A stretch of DNA of 64,000 nucleotides, taken from contig MFXP01000002.1 in the NCBI GenBank assembly GCA_001787535.1, positions 21,597 through 85,596 of the forward strand, given 5' to 3'. The position numbers were made by a program, and so were the translations under genes. The DNA comes from Candidatus Peribacteria bacterium RIFCSPHIGHO2_01_FULL_51_35 (GTDB lineage Bacteria > Patescibacteriota > Gracilibacteria > Peribacterales > Peribacteraceae). Under the pieces are notes generated by a model, which worked only from the letters and a program-made list of their open reading frames with translations, made no database searches and was not told where the DNA came from. How positions within the stretch are numbered: the stretch's first letter is position 1; every line of letters begins with the position of its first letter. Shown piece after piece: positions 37,289 through 46,410 of the stretch.

Positions 37289-37519
37289 TTTCTCTCTATA
37301 ATATCATGTTTTTTGACCTGTGTCTCTCTGCAACTATTTGTAAAAACAGGGTAAAAATGACATAATATACGTGGTTTTTCCGTATCTATGAAGTGGCAGT
37401 AAAAGGCAGATTGTCACGAATACGCATTACTTCCTCCTCTCGTGCGCCGTAGCGATATCGCAGCTTCGGATGCAACGTATTTATCTCTCGATCAGGCGAT
37501 ATTCTTATCGCGAAGGCGT

Positions 37520-38935
37520 ATGAGACTCACAAAAATCATCTGCACGCTTGGCCCCTCCTCCCATTCTGACGAAGGGATTGATGCGTTGGCGCGTGCGGGC
37601 ATGAACATTGCTCGCATCAACTTTTCCCACGGCGACCGCAAACAGCATCTGCAAGTGATGGAACGTATTCGCGCATGGAATGAAAAACACGGTCGCGGTC
37701 TGGGCATATGCATCGGAACGATTTTGGATACGAAAGGAGCCGAAATTCGCACGGGCGACACCGATCACCCCATCGAGATTCTCAAAGGCGAGGAAGTGAT
37801 CTTTTCCCCGGAAACGAACGAACGTTCGGCCAAGAAAACCATTTTCGTCAATTACTCGGGGTTTGCCAATGATGTGCGGGAAACCGATCGCATTTTGATC
37901 GATAACGGAGAAATTGCTTTTGACATCGTGCGCACGGAAAAGAACGGTGACGTCGTCGCCAAAGCGCGTGGCGCGGGGAAGATCGGATCCCGCAGGCACA
38001 TCAATTTGCCCGGCGCCGATGTCGATTTGCCTTCCATCACCGAGCAAGATTGGAAGGACATTGAATTTGGCATAGAAGAAAACATGGACTTTGTCGCTCT
38101 CTCTTTCATACGCAATCGTGATGACGTCGAAATTGTGCGGGAATTCATCAAAAAGAAAAAGGGGTCTATGGAAATCATCGCAAAGATAGAAACGGAGCAA
38201 GCGGTGGAGAACATCGCGGAGATCGTTCATGCGGCGGACGCCATCATGGTGGCACGAGGCGACTTGGGTGCGGAGCTCCCCTTTGAGCGCTTGCCTGTCA
38301 TCCAAGATGAGATCGTTGCACGCTGCAGGGAAGTCGGCAGGCCCGTCATCATTGCGACGCACATGTTGGAGAGCATGATCGCGCAGCCAATCCCCACGCG
38401 TGCGGAAGTAACCGACATTGCGCACGCAGCCATGACGCAAACAGATGCCACGATGCTTTCGGGTGAAACCGCCGCAGGCAAGCATCCTCTGCTTGCACTG
38501 GAAGCCATGGACAAGGTGCTGAGGGCCACCGAGGAGCATTTGGCGGTGTTCCGTATCAATCAACCCGAACCCGTGCAATCGGAGCGTCAGGCCCGCGCCG
38601 AAGCCGCGTTCACTTTGGCGGAGTCCACAAATGCAAAAGCTCTCCTTACGTTTACGCGCACCGGACAAACCGCGCGCGACTTGGCGAAATTTCGACCGCG
38701 CATTCCCGTTCTCGCATTCACCGATGATGAAGCAACGCAGCGAAAACTATCTCTGTCGTACGCCGTTGCCCCCTTCGTAATGAAACTCGACAAAGATCCG
38801 GAGAAGACCGTTCTGCAAGCACTGGCTCACGTTAAAGAGGCGGGGCTCTTACACACGGGCGACCGGGTCGTGATTGTGTCCGATGCACAGGCGCATGAAC
38901 AGCTTATAAACACGGTACAATTACGGGTAGTCTAA
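37520..38935 (+). CDS. pyk: Pyruvate kinase
   Basis: TKIICTLGP, RINFSHG, DTKG.EIRTG, AKIE, MVARGDLG, MLSGETA. Confidence 0.96.
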   Translation: MRLTKIICTLGPSSHSDEGIDALARAGMNIARINFSHGDRKQHLQVMERIRAWNEKHGRGLGICIGTILDTKGAEIRTGDTDHPIEILKGEEVIFSPETNERSAKKTIFVNYSGFANDVRETDRILIDNGEIAFDIVRTEKNGDVVAKARGAGKIGSRRHINLPGADVDLPSITEQDWKDIEFGIEENMDFVALSFIRNRDDVEIVREFIKKKKGSMEIIAKIETEQAVENIAEIVHAADAIMVARGDLGAELPFERLPVIQDEIVARCREVGRPVIIATHMLESMIAQPIPTRAEVTDIAHAAMTQTDATMLSGETAAGKHPLLALEAMDKVLRATEEHLAVFRINQPEPVQSERQARAEAAFTLAESTNAKALLTFTRTGQTARDLAKFRPRIPVLAFTDDEATQRKLSLSYAVAPFVMKLDKDPEKTVLQALAHVKEAGLLHTGDRVVIVSDAQAHEQLINTVQLRVV

Positions 38936-38937
38936 AG

Positions 38938-39026
38938 AAGACGTAAAACGCAAGACGTAAGACATAAGACTCAAGACTACAAAATTGAACCTACATCGTA
39001 AGTCTTATGTCTTATGTCTTACGTCT
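38938..39026. repeat. Inverted repeat built of AAGACRT heptamers
   Basis: aagacgt aaaacgc aagacgt aagacat aagactc ... atgtctt atgtctt acgtct. Confidence 0.8.
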
Positions 39027-39399
39027 ATTTCGTAAGTGCTACAGCAGATTCATCATGCGTGAACTTGGGATTTCGCACGGGCACCATCACTTGAATCAAT
39101 TTGTCTTCCTGGAGACTCACCATGGATTGCGATTCGGCAATGTGCATGTTCAACACTTCTTGCTCCAAAAGTAAAAGGGACCGCTCTCGCTCCAGTGAAC
39201 GCAGCCGATACCCTTTCGTCGCATTGGCGTTTTCATGGAACAGGATCAGCAATGCCAAGAACAGAATGAGCGATCCGATGCACACCATCAAAAGCACGGT
39301 GCTTTGATTCACCAGTCTGCCCAGCGACAGCCGGTGCGGAATATCCGATGATGGGAAGAAGGATTCGAGCAAGAACGAAAGGGAGTGTAACAGAAGCAA
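39025..39399 (-). CDS. FtsL-like small bitopic protein
   Basis: Directly downstream of rsmH; TM helix followed by coiled coil (ATKGYRLRSLE...). Confidence 0.6.
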   Translation of the reverse strand: MLLLHSLSFLLESFFPSSDIPHRLSLGRLVNQSTVLLMVCIGSLILFLALLILFHENANATKGYRLRSLERERSLLLLEQEVLNMHIAESQSMVSLQEDKLIQVMVPVRNPKFTHDESAVALTK

Positions 39400-39402
39400 A
39401 TT

Positions 39403-40323
39403 TCAAATGCGACGAATGGCGCGGAAAACGGCGCTGCGGGAACGAGGATTTGCCCGTACTTCCTCATCCGAAGGCTTGACGGGTTTTTTCGTGAGAATCT
39501 CGAACGGAGCGGCTTTCGTGATTCCTCCGCGAACGGGATCGCGATCGGGCTCGGCACGCTGCTTGAACGCCTGTTTTACCATGCGGTCTTCGAGTGAGTG
39601 GTAACTGATGACGCCGAATCTTCCGCCGGTCTTGAGCAAAAGAGGAGCGACTATCAGAAGATGTTCCAGTGCCCCCAGTTCACCATTGATGTGAATGCGA
39701 AGCGCTTGGAACACTTGCGGCAGTATTTTTGGAGCCCGATATCCTGCTGCAATCTCGATGCATTTCTTGAGATCGAACGTCGTCCGAATCCCATCGTTGA
39801 TCGATCGGTCATGCAGCCTCTTCGCAAGACGTCTGCTCTCTCTCAACTCGCCGTATCGAAAAAGAACATCGGCAATGTCATCTTCAGCGGCATCATGAAG
39901 AAAATCGGCAGCGGTTGCGCCTTTCGTTTGATCAAAGCGCAGATCCAAGGGGCCGTCGAAGCGAAAGGAGAATCCCCTCTCGGGACGATCAATGTGCGGG
40001 GAACTCAGTCCCAAATCCGCAAAAATGATGTCGAACGGTGGAAAGGAATCCTCACGAAGGGATCGGAAGTTTTCGTGTCGCAGATCGATCTGTTTTTCGT
40101 AGGCTTTCAGACGATCTTTTGCGATGGAAAGATTATCGCTGTCCGTATCCAAACCGCAGAGGAACCCCGTTGCACCGACAGCCTTGAGAAAAGCTTCCGC
40201 ATGCGATCCCAGACCCAACGTGACATCCAGCACTCGCTCACCGGGTAGAGGTTTGAGGACAGATAGGACCGGGGAATGGCCGTCGTCGCTGTGAAGGACC
40301 GGAATATGCGTAGGACGTTTCAT
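39403..40323 (-). CDS. rsmH: 16S rRNA m4C1402 methyltransferase
   Basis: HIPVL, D.TLG.G.H, DLGLSS, RGFSF, FQALRI.IN, SYHSLEDR, NPRSRSA. Confidence 0.95.
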   Translation of the reverse strand: MKRPTHIPVLHSDDGHSPVLSVLKPLPGERVLDVTLGLGSHAEAFLKAVGATGFLCGLDTDSDNLSIAKDRLKAYEKQIDLRHENFRSLREDSFPPFDIIFADLGLSSPHIDRPERGFSFRFDGPLDLRFDQTKGATAADFLHDAAEDDIADVLFRYGELRESRRLAKRLHDRSINDGIRTTFDLKKCIEIAAGYRAPKILPQVFQALRIHINGELGALEHLLIVAPLLLKTGGRFGVISYHSLEDRMVKQAFKQRAEPDRDPVRGGITKAAPFEILTKKPVKPSDEEVRANPRSRSAVFRAIRRI

Positions 40324-40508
40324 CGATGAATTGTAAGCAGATCCCCTCATCTGGCAATGAATTGGGCTTGTTGGAACCAATGCTCATTTCACTGTATACA
40401 TAAGTTGATCAAAATAAACGCCAATTGGCACGGAAGGACTGCTTTTAGGCTCATTTAAGCCATTCCAGACCATTGACAATTATTACTATTAACATACAAT
40501 AGCACACT

Positions 40509-41075
40509 TTGGTACTCCTCTCTTCCGCCGTTTTCAGCTTGGTACTGGGCATGGCCAATCCACTGACACTTGTCACGTCTGTTCCCGTGCAGACGTGGGC
40601 GCCGGAAGTAGGCGACTCCTTCTTTGTCGATACGAAGGCAAACATGGGATATTTGGTACATACGGACGGTGTGTATACGGAATTCCCGGTCGTCACCGGC
40701 AAGAAAGCGTTTGTCCATTACATTGGCAGAGGGTATCGGGCAGAAACCCCCAGCAGGAACTGGGTTGCAAAGTCATTGCACTTTAAGGGAGATCGCATGA
40801 CGTTTGGTGCTGCAAACCCGAAAGAATACAAAGACATCGACGGGGCTTTCCTTCGCTTGTACGTCGACGGAGTGGAAAACAGTCCGTACGGCATTCATCC
40901 GACCAGAAACAGTGCTCGCATGTTTGCGGAGACTGACCGTTACGAAAGCATGGGTTGCGTCATCGTCAGCGATGCCATGATGCGCGTGATCTTACAAACC
41001 TGGCGCTTGAACGGTGAACAGCTTACCGTAGTCACCAGGCACGGATTTGAATCAAAAGAAATAGCGAAACTTTAG
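40509..41075 (+). CDS. L,D-transpeptidase-family (YkuD-like) exported protein
   Basis: Signal peptide; FPVVTG, YGIH...SMGCV catalytic motif. Confidence 0.7.
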   Translation: MVLLSSAVFSLVLGMANPLTLVTSVPVQTWAPEVGDSFFVDTKANMGYLVHTDGVYTEFPVVTGKKAFVHYIGRGYRAETPSRNWVAKSLHFKGDRMTFGAANPKEYKDIDGAFLRLYVDGVENSPYGIHPTRNSARMFAETDRYESMGCVIVSDAMMRVILQTWRLNGEQLTVVTRHGFESKEIAKL

Positions 41076-41111
41076 ACAAAGCTGGCGGAGCCACGCACTT
41101 CGCGAAGCGCG

Positions 41112-41203
41112 TGGCGGAGAGGGAGGGATTCGAACCCTCGATACGATTTTACCCGTATACCACATTAGCAGTGTGGTGCTTTCGGCCACTCAGCCACCTC
41201 TCC
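41112..41203 (-). tRNA. tRNA-Ser(GCT)
   Basis: GGAGAGGTGGCTGAGTGG...CCACA-CTGCTAA-TGTGG, long variable arm, GGTTCGAATCC, CCGCCA. Confidence 0.95.
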
Positions 41204-41247
41204 ACGAGGCCGCAACAGTATACGGAACATCCGCTGTCCAATGCTAG

Positions 41248-42000
41248 TCAAGAGGCTGATTCCTTTTTCACCGCCGCCCTCCGATACGCACACCATTCGC
41301 AATCGGGATTCGCAGGAGGCGGCAGATCGCGCACAAGGCAGAGTTTCATCTCCGACAGCGCCTCCGGAATCCAGTCTGCGTTGCCAGTATACGCTATGAG
41401 TTGGACGGAGAACTCCAAAGTTTTATCGAATGCTTCTTTGTCTTTGTCTGCATTCACATACACAAAATATCCCGTGTCCGAGACGTGGAATCCATTCTGA
41501 CGATAGAGCCATTGATAGACCTCCATCTGTCTTTTGTATTTGCTTCCAAAGTGACCATCCAGTGTGATGTCCGCTGCAGTGCTTGTTGCTTTGTAATCAA
41601 CCACAATCAATTCTTTCCGATCATCGATCCACACATCATCCACAGCACCTGTGATGATGAAATTTGATTCGTCATGGAGGAATTGGATCCCTTTGAAGTT
41701 ATCACGCCATGTTGCAAGGTCAGGGTGTGCGAAAGGAACGGCATGGACACCATAGGTATGCATGAGTGGGTGCGCTTCACTCTTTTTCCGATGCACATCG
41801 AATTCTTTTTTCAGAAGTGCATCGACTGCGATGTTGAGCGTAAAGGCGGGGCCGGATGGCCTGCCGATACCGCAGCGCCTATCCAAATAGAAACAGCGTG
41901 AACACTCGAGAAACAATTCGATCTTGCTGCGGCTGATCTTGAATGGTTCTTTTACATGAGGATCAAAAATATTGCGCGTTCGTGTGCCAGTGGCAGCCAT
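41248..42000 (-). CDS. PD-(D/E)XK nuclease (RecB/Cas4-like, stand-alone)
   Basis: SRSKI..F.EC.RCFY, GAVDD, VVDYKAT, RQMEVY, C-terminal CEWC. Confidence 0.8.
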   Translation of the reverse strand: MAATGTRTRNIFDPHVKEPFKISRSKIELFLECSRCFYLDRRCGIGRPSGPAFTLNIAVDALLKKEFDVHRKKSEAHPLMHTYGVHAVPFAHPDLATWRDNFKGIQFLHDESNFIITGAVDDVWIDDRKELIVVDYKATSTAADITLDGHFGSKYKRQMEVYQWLYRQNGFHVSDTGYFVYVNADKDKEAFDKTLEFSVQLIAYTGNADWIPEALSEMKLCLVRDLPPPANPDCEWCAYRRAAVKKESAS

Positions 42001-42041
42001 GATCCCATGATAGCTTGAATTCGCACGAGCGTCCTCTAGAC

Positions 42042-43199
42042 CTAGACCCGAGAAGGAGACACGCGAGCCTTTAAAGCTCCAACCATCTGTTGCACTTCCC
42101 GAACATACGCATCCAACTTCTGTTTGCGAACATGATGCGCGGCAAGAACGGATTTTTGGATCTCCTCCAATCGTTTCAAGGCGGACTCACAGGCCGTCAC
42201 CGTTTCATCGATTTCTTCCGGCGTAATGGGTACTTTGCCGTATTCGCGTCGCAAGCGACTGATTTCTTCCTGCGCGTGATGCAGCATGTCCAATAGCTGC
42301 GCGCGAATGGTTTTGACGGCATCAAACCGCTTCAACGCATTCACCTTGTGCGATTCCAGCATAGGCTCTGCGACGCGCTGCACATTCCAGATCAACCCAA
42401 GGCGCTCCAGTGCGCGGATGAGGAGCCCCGAAAAATCCACTTGCCACCAACGGAGTCCGTGGAACGCATTGCGCGGGAATGCATGATGGTTGTTGTGCCA
42501 ACCTTCGCCGAAGGCCAGGAGCCCAACGATCCACTCATTCCTGCTCTCATCCGTTGTCTCAAATTCGCGTTTGCCGAACGTGTGGCAGACCGAATTCACG
42601 CTCCAGGTAACATGCGTTGTCAGGAAAATGCGCACGCCCGCGCCCCAAATGAGTCCGGTCCATCCGCCGAGCAGAAACGGAAGAGATACGGTCAGGAGAA
42701 ACCAAACCCAGGAATATTTATCCACAAACATCGTGACGGGGTCATCCAGAAGATGCGGCGCATAGGTCTTTGCGTCGGCGAAATTTTTCTTGGAAAAAAG
42801 CCAACCCATGTGCGCATGCCAGAAACCATGGAGCGGACTGTGCGGATCTCCGTCATCATCGGAATGCGCATGATGTTTGATGTGCGTCGCAGCCCAGTCT
42901 AGCGGCGTTCCTTCGCAGGCCATGCATCCGAGAATGAGGAACATAAGACGCACAAGACGGTTCGACTCAAATCCCTGGTGCGTCAGCATGCGATGATACC
43001 CAATCGTCACACCAAGCGTCGTCGGCACGTAAAAGAGCGCGAGCAACAGGAGGTCCTTTGCGTGCACGTATTGGTTCCAAAAAAGGACGATGGCAGCGAC
43101 CACCGCTGCAAGGGGCAGCACGACCAGAAAGAGAACCCGAATTTTCTGCCATGTTTCCGCCATTTGCGAGATCCTCATCCAGAGCGTGTGAAGATGCAA
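42042..43199 (-). CDS. Membrane fatty-acid (acyl-CoA/lipid delta-9) desaturase with C-terminal coiled coil
   Basis: Three His boxes: GYHRMLTH, HIKHH, GWHNNHH; DPHSP. Confidence 0.9.
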   Translation of the reverse strand: MHLHTLWMRISQMAETWQKIRVLFLVVLPLAAVVAAIVLFWNQYVHAKDLLLLALFYVPTTLGVTIGYHRMLTHQGFESNRLVRLMFLILGCMACEGTPLDWAATHIKHHAHSDDDGDPHSPLHGFWHAHMGWLFSKKNFADAKTYAPHLLDDPVTMFVDKYSWVWFLLTVSLPFLLGGWTGLIWGAGVRIFLTTHVTWSVNSVCHTFGKREFETTDESRNEWIVGLLAFGEGWHNNHHAFPRNAFHGLRWWQVDFSGLLIRALERLGLIWNVQRVAEPMLESHKVNALKRFDAVKTIRAQLLDMLHHAQEEISRLRREYGKVPITPEEIDETVTACESALKRLEEIQKSVLAAHHVRKQKLDAYVREVQQMVGALKARVSPSRV

Positions 43200-43263
43200 C
43201 TGTGAAGCCCTCGTCTTTTGTTGACAATATGCAAAATTGCTGCGAAAGCTTTGAGGTTCTTTC

Positions 43264-44751
43264 TCAGAATTTCGGCTTCAGGATCTCCACATCGGCTTTA
43301 TCCATGAATTTCAGTTCGCCTTCTCCCTGCAAACGCACGATGACGCGTTGTGCAGACACTTCCGCTTTCTTGGCCAAAGCAACGGCCTCCTCCCATTGGT
43401 CCAGCAGCAGCGCACGCTCGGCCTTCTCCAGGGCTTTCTGCGCAACCAGCAATTTCTTGCGAGCGTCCTCAAAATACGTATGAGCCGCGTCTGTCGTTTT
43501 CAGGAGTTCTTTGAGACGCGCAACGGAAACCTTTGCGGCTGCAATGGAAACTTCTGCTCCTGTTCTCAAACCTGCGCTCTCTTCGCCCTTCATCTGCATC
43601 TTCTCTGCCGGAGCGCCGCTCTGCTGCAGGTCATGTTCTATTTTCACAAGAAGTTTCGCTTCCTCGGCTTCCGCCAAAGAAAATTTTCGAAGATGCACCG
43701 ATGCTTCCGCATTTCCTTCCGCGAGTAACAGTTCCGCTTCCTTCAATTGCATTTTCGCATTCTCGATCTTTTCCAGAGAGAAGTTCACTGCGTCCATGCC
43801 GGAGGTTTTGCGCATGCTTTCGATCGCTGAACGAGATTCCTCGATCTTCATTTTGGCCGTCTGCAACTGCTCCACTGCGTGATTGTCCACTCTCTTTGCG
43901 GCACGAGTGGCGATGAGCGACGTTTCTTGGGTGAGTGCAAGGGATTCCGTCGCATCATCGGCTATGGCGATCGTCACGACTTCTTCGATCTCCATTCCGC
44001 GAAGAACGGTGGCGATTTCATTTTTCAGATTTTGTCGTGACAGAGCAACGCGCACAAGAATATTTTCATGCGCCTGGATGGACGCCATGAGTTCCGCATC
44101 CAAACTTGCTGCTGCATCTGCAAAACCTCCTGACCGCAGGGATTCGATGTTCTTGCGCACCTTCGCCGAATGCCATCGCACCTTATCCGAAATGGTTGCC
44201 GCCGCCACCCGGCTTAAATTCGATCGAACCGCAAGATGTTCCGCTTCTTCCAGACGGCGGATGGTGCGCCTTGTTTCGTAGCGTGCTCTGCTCTCCGATG
44301 TGAACTTGAATGATCCGGCCAACGGCTCATTGATATGCACTTTGATGCCGTAGAGAAACTCTCCCGGGAGCGCGCTCTCTGCCGCGTAACTCACTGTTCC
44401 ACCTACGGTCATGGCGAGAAGGAGCACGGATGCAAAGACGGGCGTAAAATGAAAACGTGGCAGATAGATATCGAAGATCTCCGTCACCGTCCGCGCCGTT
44501 CGACTGTTTTTACGATCCGCCACGATGCGAGCAAAAGATTCATTCCTTTCCGAATTTGTCATTTGAATGCCCTGAGCTGCATGTATGAATTGGTGAATAT
44601 TTCTCATTCGCTTTGTATGACGGACATCTTCGGCCTTTCTTACGGCCGCACCCCTTTGGAAATCCAAGAGATTTTGCCAAACGGAGGCCTTTTCTCCCGT
44701 TCGCAGAGAGATTTTCTTCGCCGTCCCGAAGAAAGCGTTTAGGTCATCCAT
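43264..44751 (-). CDS. DUF5667-like putative anti-sigma membrane protein
   Basis: TM followed by AESALPGEFLYGIK...RRLEEA; coupled to the ECF sigma gene. Confidence 0.7.
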   Translation of the reverse strand: MDDLNAFFGTAKKISLRTGEKASVWQNLLDFQRGAAVRKAEDVRHTKRMRNIHQFIHAAQGIQMTNSERNESFARIVADRKNSRTARTVTEIFDIYLPRFHFTPVFASVLLLAMTVGGTVSYAAESALPGEFLYGIKVHINEPLAGSFKFTSESRARYETRRTIRRLEEAEHLAVRSNLSRVAAATISDKVRWHSAKVRKNIESLRSGGFADAAASLDAELMASIQAHENILVRVALSRQNLKNEIATVLRGMEIEEVVTIAIADDATESLALTQETSLIATRAAKRVDNHAVEQLQTAKMKIEESRSAIESMRKTSGMDAVNFSLEKIENAKMQLKEAELLLAEGNAEASVHLRKFSLAEAEEAKLLVKIEHDLQQSGAPAEKMQMKGEESAGLRTGAEVSIAAAKVSVARLKELLKTTDAAHTYFEDARKKLLVAQKALEKAERALLLDQWEEAVALAKKAEVSAQRVIVRLQGEGELKFMDKADVEILKPKF

Positions 44752-45250
44752 CTTTTAAATGGGAACGGAGCTGCTGCGTGCCTCTGTGCAGACGCACCGA
44801 AATGACATTGGCGGATTCACCCGTGATCTCCGCAATTTCCGAAGGCGAAAGGCCATCAATATGGCGCATAATGAGCACATCACGGTAATGCTTTTCGATC
44901 ATCTTGAATGTGGAGAGCACCTTCCATTCATCCACTTTGTTTTTCATGTCCTGGCTGCCATCGAAGCCGGGATTGAAGCCTGCCTCCATCAAGGAATCAA
45001 GTGATGCCTCTTTTTTCTTGCGCACATCATCGATGACCAAGTTGTTTGCGACGCGGTACAGAAACGCGCGGATGTTATCGATTTGTTCACCTTTCTGAAG
45101 ATATTCCCACGTGCGTACAAATGCATCTTGCATCAAATCGCGTGCACGATCGCGATCAAAAACACGAAAGTAGCAGTGACGGAAGATGGCGTCTGCATAC
45201 TGTTCGTACGCGTCATTGAAGATTTTTTCGATGTCGCTCTGCTGGTTCAT
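44744..45250 (-). CDS. ECF-family RNA polymerase sigma factor
   Basis: Region 2 (DLMQDAFVRTW...FLYRVANN) and region 4 (EIAEITG...VRLHRG). Confidence 0.92.
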   Translation of the reverse strand: MNQQSDIEKIFNDAYEQYADAIFRHCYFRVFDRDRARDLMQDAFVRTWEYLQKGEQIDNIRAFLYRVANNLVIDDVRKKKEASLDSLMEAGFNPGFDGSQDMKNKVDEWKVLSTFKMIEKHYRDVLIMRHIDGLSPSEIAEITGESANVISVRLHRGTQQLRSHLKDG

Positions 45251-45372
45251 GGGCTTCGGAAAGAGAAGAAAAGGGGCATGAGAATATCAGCCTTTTCACT
45301 CTTTCTCTAGACATATTTTCATCTTCTGTTCAATTCTCGCAACAGCGAACCTGTCTGCGGTTTGTACGAGGG

Positions 45373-45519
45373 TCAAATCTTCGCAAATGCCAGTGCTATG
45401 GCAAATCCAATGCCGACGCTCAAAAACACTCCCGTAGTGTAGAGGATCGGAAGCAGAACTTTGGGGATGCCGATATCCGTGAGGAATGCATGCCGATGTG
45501 TGAGGATGGAAGCTGCCAT
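45373..45519 (-). CDS. Putative 48-aa membrane micro-protein
   Basis: MAASIL...LLPILYTTGVFLSVGIGFAIALAFAKI hydrophobic segment. Confidence 0.35.
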   Translation of the reverse strand: MAASILTHRHAFLTDIGIPKVLLPILYTTGVFLSVGIGFAIALAFAKI

Positions 45520-45728
45520 ACAAGGATGAGACGCAGAAAAGCATTCACTCTTACACGAATGCAGAAACAAATCCCCCTCTTCTTCCTCTCCAGCTTAGAG
45601 TTCTTATACCCTAAGGAAAAAAGAGGGGGCTGCATCCTCTGACGATCTCCGCAGGAATTTCTTACAAACGAATGTTGCTGCATTCACTTTTATTTTTTGT
45701 AGAACTTGGTTCATTTGCTTTTGCCAGA

Positions 45729-45788
45729 TTCTTAGCTTTTTAGCTTCTTAGCAAGACACAGGTCTGTGCCTAAGAAGCTAAAAAGCTA
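45729..45788. repeat. Inverted repeat built of 8-nt TTYTTAGC units
   Basis: ttcttagc tttttagc ttcttagc ... ctaagaag ctaaaaag cta. Confidence 0.7.
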
Positions 45789-45794
45789 CTTTCC

Positions 45795-46334
45795 TTATGA
45801 ATGCCTCGCCGGATTCTGCAAATACTGCGTCGCGGGGAAGGCCATCGAGAGATACTCCGCAGCGGTATCCGCAAACTCGGCATCGAAGTGCAGATCTTGA
45901 TCCAACCACAGGCGTGTGAATTCCGTGACGTCCACGGCGCCTTCAAACCCATTGTCTTTGTTTTGGACGACGCCGTTCTTTAAAATCTTGTACGTCCAAT
46001 GCAAATGCGGACCCGAGGTGTTGCCGCTTTTGCCGCTTTCTCCGATGGGATCACCCTGATAAATCGTTTGGCCGTTCGTGATCGTGGTTTTGGAAAGATG
46101 TGCCAGCACACTCTGGCGTTTGCTGTCTTCGATGGTCACCGAGAGTCCGTAGCCATTCGTTCCATCATCCACAACCTTTGCAATGCCGTCGTGTGGTGCA
46201 TAAATGATGGTTCCTTCCGGTACACCAAAATCGATGCCGTTGTGTCCTGCAAGTCCGAACGGCGTGTACATATCGGGATTTTGTCCAAACCCTTGGGTAA
46301 CGAGCGGCTTGCCGGGGAGAGGACAGAAGATCAT
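45795..46334 (-). CDS. M23-family peptidase
   Basis: HNGIDF, LAHL, GPHLHW. Confidence 0.88.
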   Translation of the reverse strand: MIFCPLPGKPLVTQGFGQNPDMYTPFGLAGHNGIDFGVPEGTIIYAPHDGIAKVVDDGTNGYGLSVTIEDSKRQSVLAHLSKTTITNGQTIYQGDPIGESGKSGNTSGPHLHWTYKILKNGVVQNKDNGFEGAVDVTEFTRLWLDQDLHFDAEFADTAAEYLSMAFPATQYLQNPARHS

Positions 46335-46339
46335 GACTA

Positions 46340-46404
46340 ACAATGTACAACGGACAACTGACAATGGACAATGAATTCGTTGTCCATTGTGCGTTGTACA
46401 TTGT
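46340..46404. repeat. Inverted repeat built of ACAAYGK heptamers
   Basis: acaatgt acaacgg acaactg acaatgg ... ccattgt gcgttgt acattgt. Confidence 0.8.
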
Positions 46405-46410
46405 CAATTT

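Noticed and set aside
41248-42000. Cas4 as part of a CRISPR-Cas system
   Set aside because: No cas1/cas2 or array nearby; treated as a stand-alone PD-(D/E)XK nuclease.
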